From an uncultured Lachnospiraceae bacterium (GTDB lineage: Bacteria; Bacillota; Clostridia; Christensenellales; UBA1242), in contig CAYQCO010000003.1 in the NCBI GenBank assembly GCA_964416085.1, positions 1-36,155 on the forward strand: a stretch of DNA of 36,155 nt, written 5' to 3'. Of this stretch, positions 1 through 7,538 are shown piece by piece; the stretch's first letter is position 1, and every line of letters begins with the position of its first letter. The position numbers and the translations under genes were made by a program. The notes below the pieces were generated by a model, which made no database searches, was not told where the DNA came from, and saw only the letters and a program-made list of their open reading frames with translations.

Positions 1-37
1 GTAGTCATTAACTCCACTGCGACCGGTCTTTGCTGTC

Positions 38-65
38 ATTATACCACAAAAAATTGAAATGTCAA
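38..65 (-). promoter_or_regulatory. sigmaA-type promoter, array unit 1
   Basis: TTGACA (65-60), 16 bp, TATAAT (43-38), with extended -10 TG. Confidence 0.8.
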
Positions 66-72
66 GACAAAT

Positions 73-134
73 AAAAAAAATTCAACCCGTGTGACTCGCG
101 CCTTAAAATTGCCTTTTGGGCTTGGTTGAATTCT
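73..134 (-). ncRNA. Putative ~60 nt small RNA, array unit 2
   Basis: Follows promoter 141-168; closed by 9-bp stem AATTCAACC/GGTTGAATT enclosing two mini hairpins; ends in a U tract. Confidence 0.55.
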
Positions 135-140
135 ATATGT

Positions 141-168
141 ATTATACTACAAAAAATTGAAATGTCAA
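141..168 (-). promoter_or_regulatory. sigmaA-type promoter, array unit 2
   Basis: TTGACA (168-163), 16 bp, TATAAT (146-141). Confidence 0.8.
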
Positions 169-175
169 GACAAAT

Positions 176-243
176 AAAAAAAGAATTGTGTTGACTATTT
201 ATATAACGTCAACACAAAAAGAAATATATTATTTACTTTCGTT
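176..243 (-). ncRNA. Putative ~68 nt small RNA, array unit 3
   Basis: Follows promoter 250-278; 10-bp stem TTGTGTTGAC/GTCAACACAA (186-217) then a U tract. Confidence 0.55.
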
Positions 244-249
244 ATTGTT

Positions 250-278
250 ATTATATGTCAAAAAATTAAAAAAGTCAA
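250..278 (-). promoter_or_regulatory. sigmaA-type promoter, array unit 3
   Basis: TTGACT (278-273), 17 bp, TATAAT (255-250). Confidence 0.8.
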
Positions 279-294
279 TAGATTTTAACAAAAT

Positions 295-455
295 AAAAAG
301 AAGGGATGATTGAAACTTAATTCACCTTTATCCCTATCTTTCTCCAATAATGGAGTAAACCACTGTTACTAAGCGTCCTTAGTCAGCCTCCTTGGCATTT
401 CAGCCACGGTTTGCCACATTTACGACTCGTGACAAACAACCGATTTACATCAGTC
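295..455 (-). ncRNA. Putative ~160 nt multi-hairpin small RNA, array unit 4
   Basis: Serial stems GACTGAT/ATCGGTT, GTTTGTCAC/GTGGCAAAC, TGGC/GCCA, ACTAAG/CTTAGT, CTCCA/TGGAG, GGGAT/ATCCC then a U tract; follows promoter 462-490. Confidence 0.6.
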
Positions 456-461
456 ATTGTT

Positions 462-490
462 AGTATATGCTAAAAAATTTAAAAAGTCAA
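462..490 (-). promoter_or_regulatory. sigmaA-type promoter, array unit 4
   Basis: TTGACT (490-485), 17 bp, TATACT (467-462). Confidence 0.75.
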
Positions 491-534
491 TACTTTTGAA
501 AAAATATAAGGGAGCAAAAATGAGAAAAGAGTTT

Positions 535-686
535 AAAAAAGAAAGAACTATTAGTTCTTCCTTGATTGCACAAGTGCCAACAAGCCTTGTGGGCTGATAG
601 AGATTATCCACTCTACCCAATGCTGAAATCAGTCCAGCAGGCGCCTATACAACAAAAGTTTATAGACTGTTCAAGTAAAACTTGAC
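535..686 (-). ncRNA. Putative ~150 nt multi-hairpin small RNA, array unit 5
   Basis: Serial stems TCAAG/CTTGA, CTATA/TATAG, TGCTGGA/TTCAGCA, TAGAG/CTCTA, CACAAG/CTTGTG, AAGAACT/AGTTCTT then U6; follows promoter 693-720. Confidence 0.6.
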
Positions 687-692
687 ATTGAT

Positions 693-720
693 AGTATATC
701 ACAAAAACTTCAAAAGTCAA
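693..720 (-). promoter_or_regulatory. sigmaA-type promoter, array unit 5
   Basis: TTGACT (720-715), 16 bp, TATACT (698-693), with extended -10 TG. Confidence 0.75.
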
Positions 721-751
721 TAGATTTTGACAAATAAAAAAATGATACCAA

Positions 752-837
752 TAAAAAAATAGCCCCAAAATGAGGCTAATGTCTATTCGCTGAAAACCAG
801 CAATACATAACGGCTTTTAAGCGCTGACTTACATATC
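752..837 (-). ncRNA. Putative ~85 nt small RNA, array unit 6
   Basis: Follows promoter 844-872; internal GCTG/CAGC hairpin; terminator TAGCCTC/GGGGCTA plus U7. Confidence 0.6.
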
Positions 838-843
838 ATTGTT

Positions 844-872
844 ATTATATGTCAAAAAAATGAAAAAGTCAA
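844..872 (-). promoter_or_regulatory. sigmaA-type promoter, array unit 6
   Basis: TTGACT (872-867), 17 bp, TATAAT (849-844). Confidence 0.8.
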
Positions 873-897
873 TAGAAAATTTAATTAAATGTAAAGT

Positions 898-930
898 AAA
901 AAAGGTCGCAAATTTGCGACCTTTTGTTTT
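898..930. terminator. Intrinsic, probably bidirectional, terminator after the toxin gene
   Basis: AAAAGGTCGCAA/TTGCGACCTTTT perfect stem with A and T tracts. Confidence 0.85.
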
Positions 931-934
931 TTAT

Positions 935-1462
935 TCAATTCTTATCAATTGGTTTTTTCTTTTGTTTTAATATATAATTGGGATTGTATAATTTAGATTT
1001 TTTCTCTAATACAAAAAAGTTACAACATCTGTCATAAACGGTTTTTCTTAGTTTTTTATTTCGATAAGCCTTATATAATTTTGTCGCCCTATTGATAATC
1101 TCAGTATCTTTTCTGTCAAAAAATTTGATTTGATTTATGAGCAATAATTTATATTTCACATCTTCAATCTGCGAAACATCTATTATATTGACAGAACTAT
1201 CTACCACTGGAATCATATTGTTAAAGTTGATAGCACCCAATGTTCCACCTTCAATACGCATAAAATCTTCCGAGTTTCTCATAGATTTAAACTTTTCCTT
1301 TGGGTGAGTTAGTGGAGCATAATACTTATTCCCCCTAACTTCAAATAAAATTCCTAAATATGGTCGTTTTTGTCCTTTATTATACATTACTCTTTTGTCA
1401 AATGAAAACAAAAAACGAATATATTTGTCATCTACATAAACCAATTTAATTAATCTTTCCAT
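935..1462 (-). CDS. toxN: Type III toxin-antitoxin ToxN/AbiQ-family endoribonuclease toxin (175 aa)
   Basis: Motifs YIRFL..FDKRV, KRPYLGIL, YYAPLTHPK, LGAINFNNMIPV, CCNF..LE; start moved to ATG 1462 with AGGAG RBS, downstream of the terminator. Confidence 0.92.
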   Translation of the reverse strand: MERLIKLVYVDDKYIRFLFSFDKRVMYNKGQKRPYLGILFEVRGNKYYAPLTHPKEKFKSMRNSEDFMRIEGGTLGAINFNNMIPVVDSSVNIIDVSQIEDVKYKLLLINQIKFFDRKDTEIINRATKLYKAYRNKKLRKTVYDRCCNFFVLEKKSKLYNPNYILKQKKKPIDKN

Positions 1463-1472
1463 ACAAACTCCT

Positions 1473-1504
1473 AAAAAATAAAAGTGAGGATTGCTCCTCA
1501 CTTT
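1473..1504 (-). terminator. Terminator between antitoxin repeats and toxin
   Basis: AAAGTGAGGA-GCAA-TCCTCACTTT then a U-rich tail; canonical type III TA layout. Confidence 0.9.
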
Positions 1505-1614
1505 CTTTTTTAATCCTTACTTAAAGGCTAAGGTTTCCCGCTTTTTTCATTCTTACTTAAAGGGCTAAGAGCTTCCTGCTTTTTTAATCCTTACTTATGG
1601 CTAAGGGCTTCCAA
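1505..1614 (-). ncRNA. toxI: ToxI/antiQ-like antitoxin RNA, three tandem repeats (36, 38, 36 nt)
   Basis: Repeats 1505-1540, 1541-1578 and 1579-1614; consensus GGAAgc(c/t)CTTAGCC..TAAGTAAG(g/a)AT.AAAAAAG with an A-rich 3' end. Confidence 0.88.
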
Positions 1615-1687
1615 CTTTTGGGATCAAAGTCCCTTAAAAGGAGGTGAGTTGGATAAAACTTCTAGATTTTATTCTTCACCTACTAGT

Positions 1688-1716
1688 AGTATACTTGTTT
1701 TTTGTATTTTTGTCAA
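1688..1716 (-). promoter_or_regulatory. sigmaA promoter of the toxIN operon
   Basis: TTGACA (1716-1711), 17 bp, TATACT (1693-1688). Confidence 0.8.
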
Positions 1717-1802
1717 TAGTTTTTTAAAAAAAGTATACTTATTAAATTATAACCATAAAAACCTGAAAAAATGCGTTTATCTGCCAATAAATAATCTATA
1801 AA

Positions 1803-2396
1803 TTATTTATTTACGATATCAATAACTTGTTCTAAAACTTCTTTTGTTGGGAGTTCAGAATCCGACAACTCGATTTGCTGTGTTACTAATGTTGTTTGAC
1901 TGGCCAATGATTCTGTTTGAAATTCCGTGCTATCGATTTCTTGCATATTAGCATCACTTTTGTTTATTTGCTCGCCTTCAATATTTTCATTGTTATTTTC
2001 TTCGTTGTCGAAAGTTTCAGTGTGTGAACTCGTTTTTTCGGTATTTAGTGAACCATTTTCTTCCGCCTTGTCGCCTTTGTCAGTGTTTGGGTTGATACTT
2101 ACTTTGTTTAGCATCAAAGAAATTGTGTCACAAATTGATTTTATGTTGGAAATATTTTCTTGGTTGTTTTCTTGCTTTGCATCTTCGTTTGTTGACAAAT
2201 TGGCAATCAAAGTATCCGTTGCTCCGTGGTCAGTCACTATTCCGCAAACAGTCAAAAGTCCCATAAGCCCCAACAAAATTTGATTGAGATATTCGGTTTT
2301 GATTTCGAAGTCAAAAACCACCTCAGCAATCAGCACTCCGCAAGAAATTAAACTTACCCAAAAATTTCCGCTTTTTAATTTTTTTAGAAATCTCAT
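1803..2396 (-). CDS. Phage holin-like membrane protein with long acidic C-terminal tail (197 aa)
   Basis: N-terminus KKLKSGNFWVSLI...LLTVCGIVTD resembles small two-TM phage holins; AAGGAG RBS before ATG 2396; the longer ORF start lies in a repeat. Confidence 0.65.
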   Translation of the reverse strand: MRFLKKLKSGNFWVSLISCGVLIAEVVFDFEIKTEYLNQILLGLMGLLTVCGIVTDHGATDTLIANLSTNEDAKQENNQENISNIKSICDTISLMLNKVSINPNTDKGDKAEENGSLNTEKTSSHTETFDNEENNNENIEGEQINKSDANMQEIDSTEFQTESLASQTTLVTQQIELSDSELPTKEVLEQVIDIVNK

Positions 2397-2468
2397 ACAT
2401 TCTCTCCTTTTAAGAATTTGTATAAAATCTTTTGTGTTTTGTTTGTTTATAGTATACACTAATAAGAA

Positions 2469-2673
2469 TGTCATACCGAGCGAAGCGAGTGTATCTGGCG
2501 AAAAGTTTGATATAGTCCGTAAAATGTGCGATATTAAATCATAATCCGGATACACTCACACTGCGTGTTCGGTATGACAGTTTTTTTTGATTTATATTCA
2601 ATTTAATCAGCCTACACTTTTATCAGCCAGATACGCAACATTTTGCAAAAAATTTGCAAAATATTGGTATGAC
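2469..2673. repeat. REP/REPIN-like repeat family B (inverted doublet 2469-2579 plus degenerate arm ~2626-2673)
   Basis: TGTCATACCGAGCGAAGCGAGTGTATCT ... GATACACTCACACTGCGTGTTCGGTATGACA; other copies at 5167, 12936 and 35864. Confidence 0.85.
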
Positions 2674-2723
2674 AAATAGTGAATCGTATGCAAATGTGGT
2701 ATAAAATCTTTTGTGTGTTTTGA

Positions 2724-4181
2724 TTATTTTTCTATGTATTTTATTTTTATTTGATTTATGTTGCAGGTTTGTTCAGTTGAAGAAATTTGCAATCTCAAAT
2801 TTTGGCAAGGCAAAATTGTTTCAAAAATATTGATGCCATTTGTGTAAGTCGTAAAACTCATTTTGTCATTGTCGGTCAAAAAGTCTATTGTTATATTTGG
2901 GCTTGCATTGACAATAATTTTTCTTATTATTATCTCATCCAAATCATCTGGCAAAAGTTGATTGGTGCAAAAACTTTTTGGCAAATCGTCTTGAAAAATT
3001 TTTGAAGAATTGTCTATTTCTCCAATATATTTTTGATAATCTGAATTGAATGTCACAAGCATTTTTTCAACCAATTCAGTTTTTAATGGCAACAGATTTT
3101 TTATGTCTACACCACGCAAAATCTCATAACTAAAATCGTGCATATCGACAATCAACAGTGCGTTGTTTTTATATTCTTCGTTTTCGCACAAAATTGATTT
3201 GCCGTCATCAAAATCAAGTTTCAATGCCAAATAATATTTGTCTTGCAGGCTCTCTGCTTTTGCATTATAGTTGTCTTTGTCAATCATATGCTCAATTCCT
3301 AGCACACGTTTTTTGACATTTATTCCGTCAAAAGAATACAAGCCATCGCGTGTCATAAACATCACCACATCACCGCAAACTTGAACAGTATCAGAAAAGA
3401 TTTTGCTATCGCTTAAATATACTTGTTTTTGGTCAATATTGCGGGCGGAATAATAGTTTATTCGTGTAATTCCGTAGTCGCGAAAAACATAGAGATTTTC
3501 ACTAAACGTCAAAATTTTTCTGGCATAACCGCGCTCGCCTTCAAGTGTAAAATATTGGGTGTAATCTGAGGCCGTTCCAATAAGTTCTGGGTTGAGAGTT
3601 GTCGAAAACCATATTTTGTCCGCCTCGCCCGCTATTGTGCAAAACAACACTTTGTTGGATATTGACATACTGGTGATAATTGGCACATCGCTGACAATAT
3701 ATGGCGAATTGTTGGTTGGCCAAACGACCATTTTTTCTGGGCTACTCAAAATTATTGTGTCGCTTCCATTAAGTTTGTAAGTCAAGCAAATTGGCGGCTC
3801 GTCAAACTCCAACTTATACAACCAAATCAAAGTTCCTGCACCTGAATACATTTGGTGCACATAAAGTTTTTTGTTGGTGGAATGGACAAGAATTCTGTGT
3901 TGTGTGGTGTTGCTGTCGGCAAAATATTGCCTAAAATATATCAATCCGTCAACCGCTTCTATATTTTGTTCAGCGACATTAATTTCACCCATTTCACTTG
4001 TTTCGCTGTCTTCATAAGGAATTGTTGCAACACTTATTCCACGACCGCTGGTTATTTTTTTGTTTTTTAAATTCACGTTATAAAAAGCATTGACAAAATT
4101 GTTTTCGCTAAAAACATTGTCCTGCCAACCTTGTTTTGAAAAATCTTGAAATGTAATTGTTTTTAACTCTTTCATTGCCAA
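2724..4181 (-). CDS. Phage-like head stabilisation / tail nozzle protein (probable beta-propeller)
   Basis: 485 aa, beta-rich, with KIWFS, LYVFRD and FMTRDGLYSFDG motifs reminiscent of P22 gp10 / tail tubular B-type proteins; follows capsid and adaptor. Confidence 0.6.
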   Translation of the reverse strand: MAMKELKTITFQDFSKQGWQDNVFSENNFVNAFYNVNLKNKKITSGRGISVATIPYEDSETSEMGEINVAEQNIEAVDGLIYFRQYFADSNTTQHRILVHSTNKKLYVHQMYSGAGTLIWLYKLEFDEPPICLTYKLNGSDTIILSSPEKMVVWPTNNSPYIVSDVPIITSMSISNKVLFCTIAGEADKIWFSTTLNPELIGTASDYTQYFTLEGERGYARKILTFSENLYVFRDYGITRINYYSARNIDQKQVYLSDSKIFSDTVQVCGDVVMFMTRDGLYSFDGINVKKRVLGIEHMIDKDNYNAKAESLQDKYYLALKLDFDDGKSILCENEEYKNNALLIVDMHDFSYEILRGVDIKNLLPLKTELVEKMLVTFNSDYQKYIGEIDNSSKIFQDDLPKSFCTNQLLPDDLDEIIIRKIIVNASPNITIDFLTDNDKMSFTTYTNGINIFETILPCQNLRLQISSTEQTCNINQIKIKYIEK

Positions 4182-4744
4182 CTCCTCATTGGCATTGTAA
4201 GGATTTTTAGACTTTTTACTTCTGCCAATTTTTGTTCATAAATTGTGTTGTAAATTCCATATTCATCAAACAATCCTACTGCCAAGCAATACATTGCAGT
4301 AAGACCATAAACAAGCAAATCATAACCTATCATCCCTTTGAAGTAATCCACATCATCGTCAAGACTTTTTAATGTTGGGACAATCAAAAATTTTACAACA
4401 CATTTGCCGTCATATTTAACATTTGGATTGCCGTCAACAATCTTCATAGGAAGTTTGACACCACCTGCTCTCACTTCAACAATCTTTAACAAATTGGAAA
4501 CTTGACTCATATCTATGACACCATTTTTTGACACAAAATTTTCTTCTCTTGGCAGTTGGACATAGTCTGTTGCAATATCTGCAAGCATAATTTTTAAAAG
4601 TTCAAACATCCTGTTGATTGTAAAATTGCTGTCAAGCAATTCTTGTAAATTTGTCGAATTTAGAGCATTTAAGTTTTCGTCATCAAGCACTTTCTTTTCG
4701 TTTAACAAAGTGGCAGATTTTTTTATTATTTCTAATGCTGTCAT
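4172..4744 (-). CDS. Putative head-tail adaptor (tail tubular A / P22 gp4-like)
   Basis: 190 aa; MTALEII N-terminus and LLVYGL.A.Y motif; position between capsid and nozzle-like gene. Confidence 0.55.
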   Translation of the reverse strand: MTALEIIKKSATLLNEKKVLDDENLNALNSTNLQELLDSNFTINRMFELLKIMLADIATDYVQLPREENFVSKNGVIDMSQVSNLLKIVEVRAGGVKLPMKIVDGNPNVKYDGKCVVKFLIVPTLKSLDDDVDYFKGMIGYDLLVYGLTAMYCLAVGLFDEYGIYNTIYEQKLAEVKSLKILTMPMRSWQ

Positions 4745-4745
4745 A

Positions 4746-5075
4746 CTAACTCCTTCTTAAATTTTTTTCTGCACAATCTATTGCACTTTTTTTAATTTTT
4801 TCTTTGTTTTGTTGAAAGATTTTTTCATTGTGTTTTTCTATTTCTTCCAATATTTCTTGATTGGATTTTGCTTTTCTTTCTTCCAAAAAATTAAGCACAC
4901 GATTGTCCAATTGATTAAATGGCAAAGTAAAAATAATATTTTCATTTTCACACAAAAAATATTTTTTTGTAACAAAATCATAATAAATTTGCGTATTTTT
5001 GTATATTTTTTGCACTCTTTTTGAAATATTGAATATATCACTATTTATTTTTGCCATTTTTTGATTATTTTTCAT
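4746..5075 (-). CDS. Hypothetical phage-module protein (109 aa)
   Basis: Abuts the next gene; LPFNQLDNRVL motif and coiled C-terminus. Confidence 0.7.
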   Translation of the reverse strand: MKNNQKMAKINSDIFNISKRVQKIYKNTQIYYDFVTKKYFLCENENIIFTLPFNQLDNRVLNFLEERKAKSNQEILEEIEKHNEKIFQQNKEKIKKSAIDCAEKNLRRS

Positions 5076-5166
5076 TTATTTTTTTCCTATTTTTTTGTGA
5101 TTAATTTTTAATTTTATTTTTTCTGTTTTTAATATTTTCACATTTAATTTTCAATCCATATTTTTA

Positions 5167-5329
5167 GCCAGATACACTCACACTTCGTGTTCGGTATGAC
5201 ATTTCCGCCTTGTCACATCGAAATTTTGTGCAACAAAATTGAGTATGTCTGGCTTGCGATTGGATATTGTGCATTTTATTCGCTATATTAAACTTTCAGC
5301 CAGATACACTCGCTTTGCTCGGTATGACA
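5167..5329. repeat. REP/REPIN-like repeat family B, three arms
   Basis: GCCAGATACACTC...CGGTATGACA at 5167-5201 and 5299-5329; variant inverted arm at 5211-5253. Confidence 0.85.
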
Positions 5330-5397
5330 AAAGGTGAAAATTTGATTGGCCATATCATCCGTCAACTCACTTTGTTCGTTGCCACAGGTGAACAACA

Positions 5398-5483
5398 GGG
5401 GCAGAAGCAACGCTCACGAAGTGAGCGTTTGACTTGTCCGCTTGCGGACAAGGGGGCACGCCTGCGGCGTGCACTTCTGCCCC
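5398..5483. repeat. Cloverleaf palindromic repeat family A
   Basis: GGGGCAGAAG/CTTCTGCCCC closing stem around three hairpins; homologous to 7443, 9615, 21192 and 31806. Confidence 0.9.
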
Positions 5484-5544
5484 GTCCCCATCACCGCCAA
5501 TCATTGTTTAAAAAAGAAGAATAAAACATTCTTCTTTCTAAAAA

Positions 5545-6741
5545 CTAGTCAACAGATGCAGTATTAACTGCAAATGGATTGGTTACGCTTGTTGACAAAT
5601 TGGTGAACTTTGCTTGTCCATTTGGTTGGTCGCAAATTAGGTCTGCATATTTTACAAGTGTTGCAGAATATGTAGGTTGACCTGCATCTTGATGAAGCAC
5701 TCCACCGTTTTCGCCTTCAATCCAAGTCCAGTCGCAAAGTTGATGCAAAACAAACTTGGAAGTGTCAAGCATATACAATGTGTCATCTTCAACAAATCTG
5801 TCACTAATCATTGGGATGCCATTGCAGTTGACTGCTTTGTATCCACCTTCAACTGTTGTCACATCTACTGCTCTACGATATACATTTAAATAATCAATGT
5901 ATGCACGTTTTACACCTGCGCCACAACTGATTAGGTCAATATTGCTGTTTGAATTTTCTTGCAAAAAGTCTACTGCGGTTTGCAAAATATTGTCGCTAAT
6001 TTCTTGTGCAGTTGCAGAAGAATATGGAGTAAGCCAACTGTTTGACTCACGATTTAGACCATATAGTGTTGTGCTTGTTCCAAAGATTGCTCCAAGGCCT
6101 GTGATTTCGTTGTCTTTTGAGCCTTGAACATAGAGTTTGTGGTTTGCAGCAGCACCAGTTGGAGTTGTTGCAAAAGTAACTTTTTTGCTATTTCTATCAA
6201 TGCCGACAATTTTCATTCCGCCAATTACTTTTGTGTCTCCGTTGTAGATGTCTACCACCATACCTTCAATAAGATTTTTTACACTTGCAAGTGTTGCAGT
6301 GTTGCCAGAAATTGCAGCAGTGATTTTGCCCACTTCACCACTTCCGTCACCATAAAGCATACGGCTGAGATTAAACTTGGATGCTGAAAGAAGTCCTTCC
6401 ATTTCTGCATCAAGCAAGTCTACAAATGCACCAGCACTTGACTCGCTTGCCCTGATTGCTTTGTCAGAAATTTGAATTCTGCCATACAAGTTTTTTAGAG
6501 TTGTTTTGAATTGTGCATAAGTGTTTCCGCTCGCTGTTGGAAGAGCGCCTGTTTCACTGCCTGCACCAATGCCACCGTTCAATCCTACTGGTGCCATTTT
6601 GATGATTGATTTGCCATAAACATCTGTTGAAGATTGTTTGATTTTTGAATATAATGGGTTTGTGTTTGTGTTAAGTTGGTTTGTCACCGCCTCCAAATAC
6701 GCGTCTTTTAATGCGCTTTCGGCTGATTGTAAACTAATCAT
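5545..6741 (-). CDS. Phage major capsid protein (probable HK97 fold, 398 aa)
   Basis: E.GALP, LYGRIQISDKAI, LSRMLYGDGSG, EITGLGAI and NGIPMISDRFV..LYMLD motifs; AAAGGAG RBS before ATG 6741; follows portal and scaffold. Confidence 0.88.
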   Translation of the reverse strand: MISLQSAESALKDAYLEAVTNQLNTNTNPLYSKIKQSSTDVYGKSIIKMAPVGLNGGIGAGSETGALPTASGNTYAQFKTTLKNLYGRIQISDKAIRASESSAGAFVDLLDAEMEGLLSASKFNLSRMLYGDGSGEVGKITAAISGNTATLASVKNLIEGMVVDIYNGDTKVIGGMKIVGIDRNSKKVTFATTPTGAAANHKLYVQGSKDNEITGLGAIFGTSTTLYGLNRESNSWLTPYSSATAQEISDNILQTAVDFLQENSNSNIDLISCGAGVKRAYIDYLNVYRRAVDVTTVEGGYKAVNCNGIPMISDRFVEDDTLYMLDTSKFVLHQLCDWTWIEGENGGVLHQDAGQPTYSATLVKYADLICDQPNGQAKFTNLSTSVTNPFAVNTASVD

Positions 6742-6754
6742 AAATTCTCCTTTT

Positions 6755-7414
6755 TTATTGTTTTTTGATAATAGACCTTGCAATTTTGCCTGCTTCGCCT
6801 ATTGTCTTGATTTTTTGAGCAGGAGTCAACGGTATTGACGAATTGAGGTTTGTTGTGACCTTTACTTTTGGCACAGTCTTCAATTTTGACAAGTATTCTC
6901 TAAGAACGGCGCTTTTAACTTCTTCATTGTTAAACACATAATTGAGCAAGAAATCTTTATCTTTCATCAAACTTTCTGGCGTAACCATTTTTTCTGCCAG
7001 CATATTTATTACATTTTGTTCTGCCAATTTTTCCAAATCGCCTTCTTGTGTGCTTAAATTTTCTCTTAGTTGTTCCCTAAAAGGTTCAAGGCAAGAATAC
7101 TCGTCTGTCCAACGTGTGACTATTGCATTGATTTTGTCGAGTTTTTCTACTGGTTTTATTTGGTTTTCCAGTTCGCTAACTCTTTGACTTTTTTTGGTAA
7201 ACTCGGCTTGCAAAGAATTGTAGGCCTTTACTAATTCTTGTGCATCTTTGAATTTGCCATAAATGGAGGCAGAATTTTGAGTTAGTTCTTCACAAGGTTC
7301 TTTAATTGCACCAATAGATTTTGTAATAGGTATTTGATTATTGTCATCAAAAACTTGTGCATTTTCGCTCCCTTTAAAAGAATTTTCCAATTTTGCTTGT
7401 TCCAATTTTTCCAT
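6755..7414 (-). CDS. Capsid assembly scaffolding protein (219 aa)
   Basis: GKFKDAQELVKAYNSLQAEFTKKSQ motif typical of podovirus-type scaffolds; lies between portal and capsid; AAGGAG RBS before 7414. Confidence 0.75.
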   Translation of the reverse strand: MEKLEQAKLENSFKGSENAQVFDDNNQIPITKSIGAIKEPCEELTQNSASIYGKFKDAQELVKAYNSLQAEFTKKSQRVSELENQIKPVEKLDKINAIVTRWTDEYSCLEPFREQLRENLSTQEGDLEKLAEQNVINMLAEKMVTPESLMKDKDFLLNYVFNNEEVKSAVLREYLSKLKTVPKVKVTTNLNSSIPLTPAQKIKTIGEAGKIARSIIKKQ

Positions 7415-7442
7415 AATTTTTTTCTCCTTATTTTTGATGGGA

Positions 7443-7533
7443 GGGGGCAAAAGCGCACGCCGTAGGCGTGCCCACTTGTCCGCCTGTGGCGGGCAAGTCA
7501 AACGGTTGCAGGGCAACCGTTACTTTTGCCCCC
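7443..7533. repeat. Cloverleaf palindromic repeat family A (reverse orientation)
   Basis: GGGGGCAAAAG/CTTTTGCCCCC with three internal hairpins. Confidence 0.9.
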
Positions 7534-7538
7534 GTAGT

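Larger units (their letters stand above)
1..880 (-). repeat. Tandem array of >=6 related ~35-45 bp promoter-containing repeats separated by unique 60-190 bp structured segments
   Basis: Copies at ~38-80 and ~141-182 share attata..acaaaaaattgaaatgtcaagacaaataaaaaaa. Copies at ~245-285, 455-495, 686-727 and 837-878 approximate attgttattatatgtcaaaaaa.t.aaaaagtcaatag. Confidence 0.9.

Noticed and set aside
360-420. c-di-GMP-I riboswitch-like GGCAAACC...GAAA motif in array unit 4
   Set aside because: The conserved GACGCAAAG junction is absent and no gene lies downstream to regulate.
520-597. 25 aa plus-strand ORF (MRKEFKKERTISSSLIAQVPTSLVG) with GGAG, antisense to unit 5, as a type I toxin
   Set aside because: No hydrophobic TM helix and no convincing plus-strand promoter; unsupported.
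1-880. CRISPR array
   Set aside because: Repeats are degenerate and promoter-like, spacers range 60-190 bp and are self-structured, and no cas gene is in the window.
5267-5524. ORFs and N-terminal extensions with LTCP..ADK.ARL..ALLP motifs (also at 7415-7516, 9595-9829, 14549-14778, 21129-21516, 31753-31880)
   Set aside because: They are translations of the palindromic repeats, not protein families.
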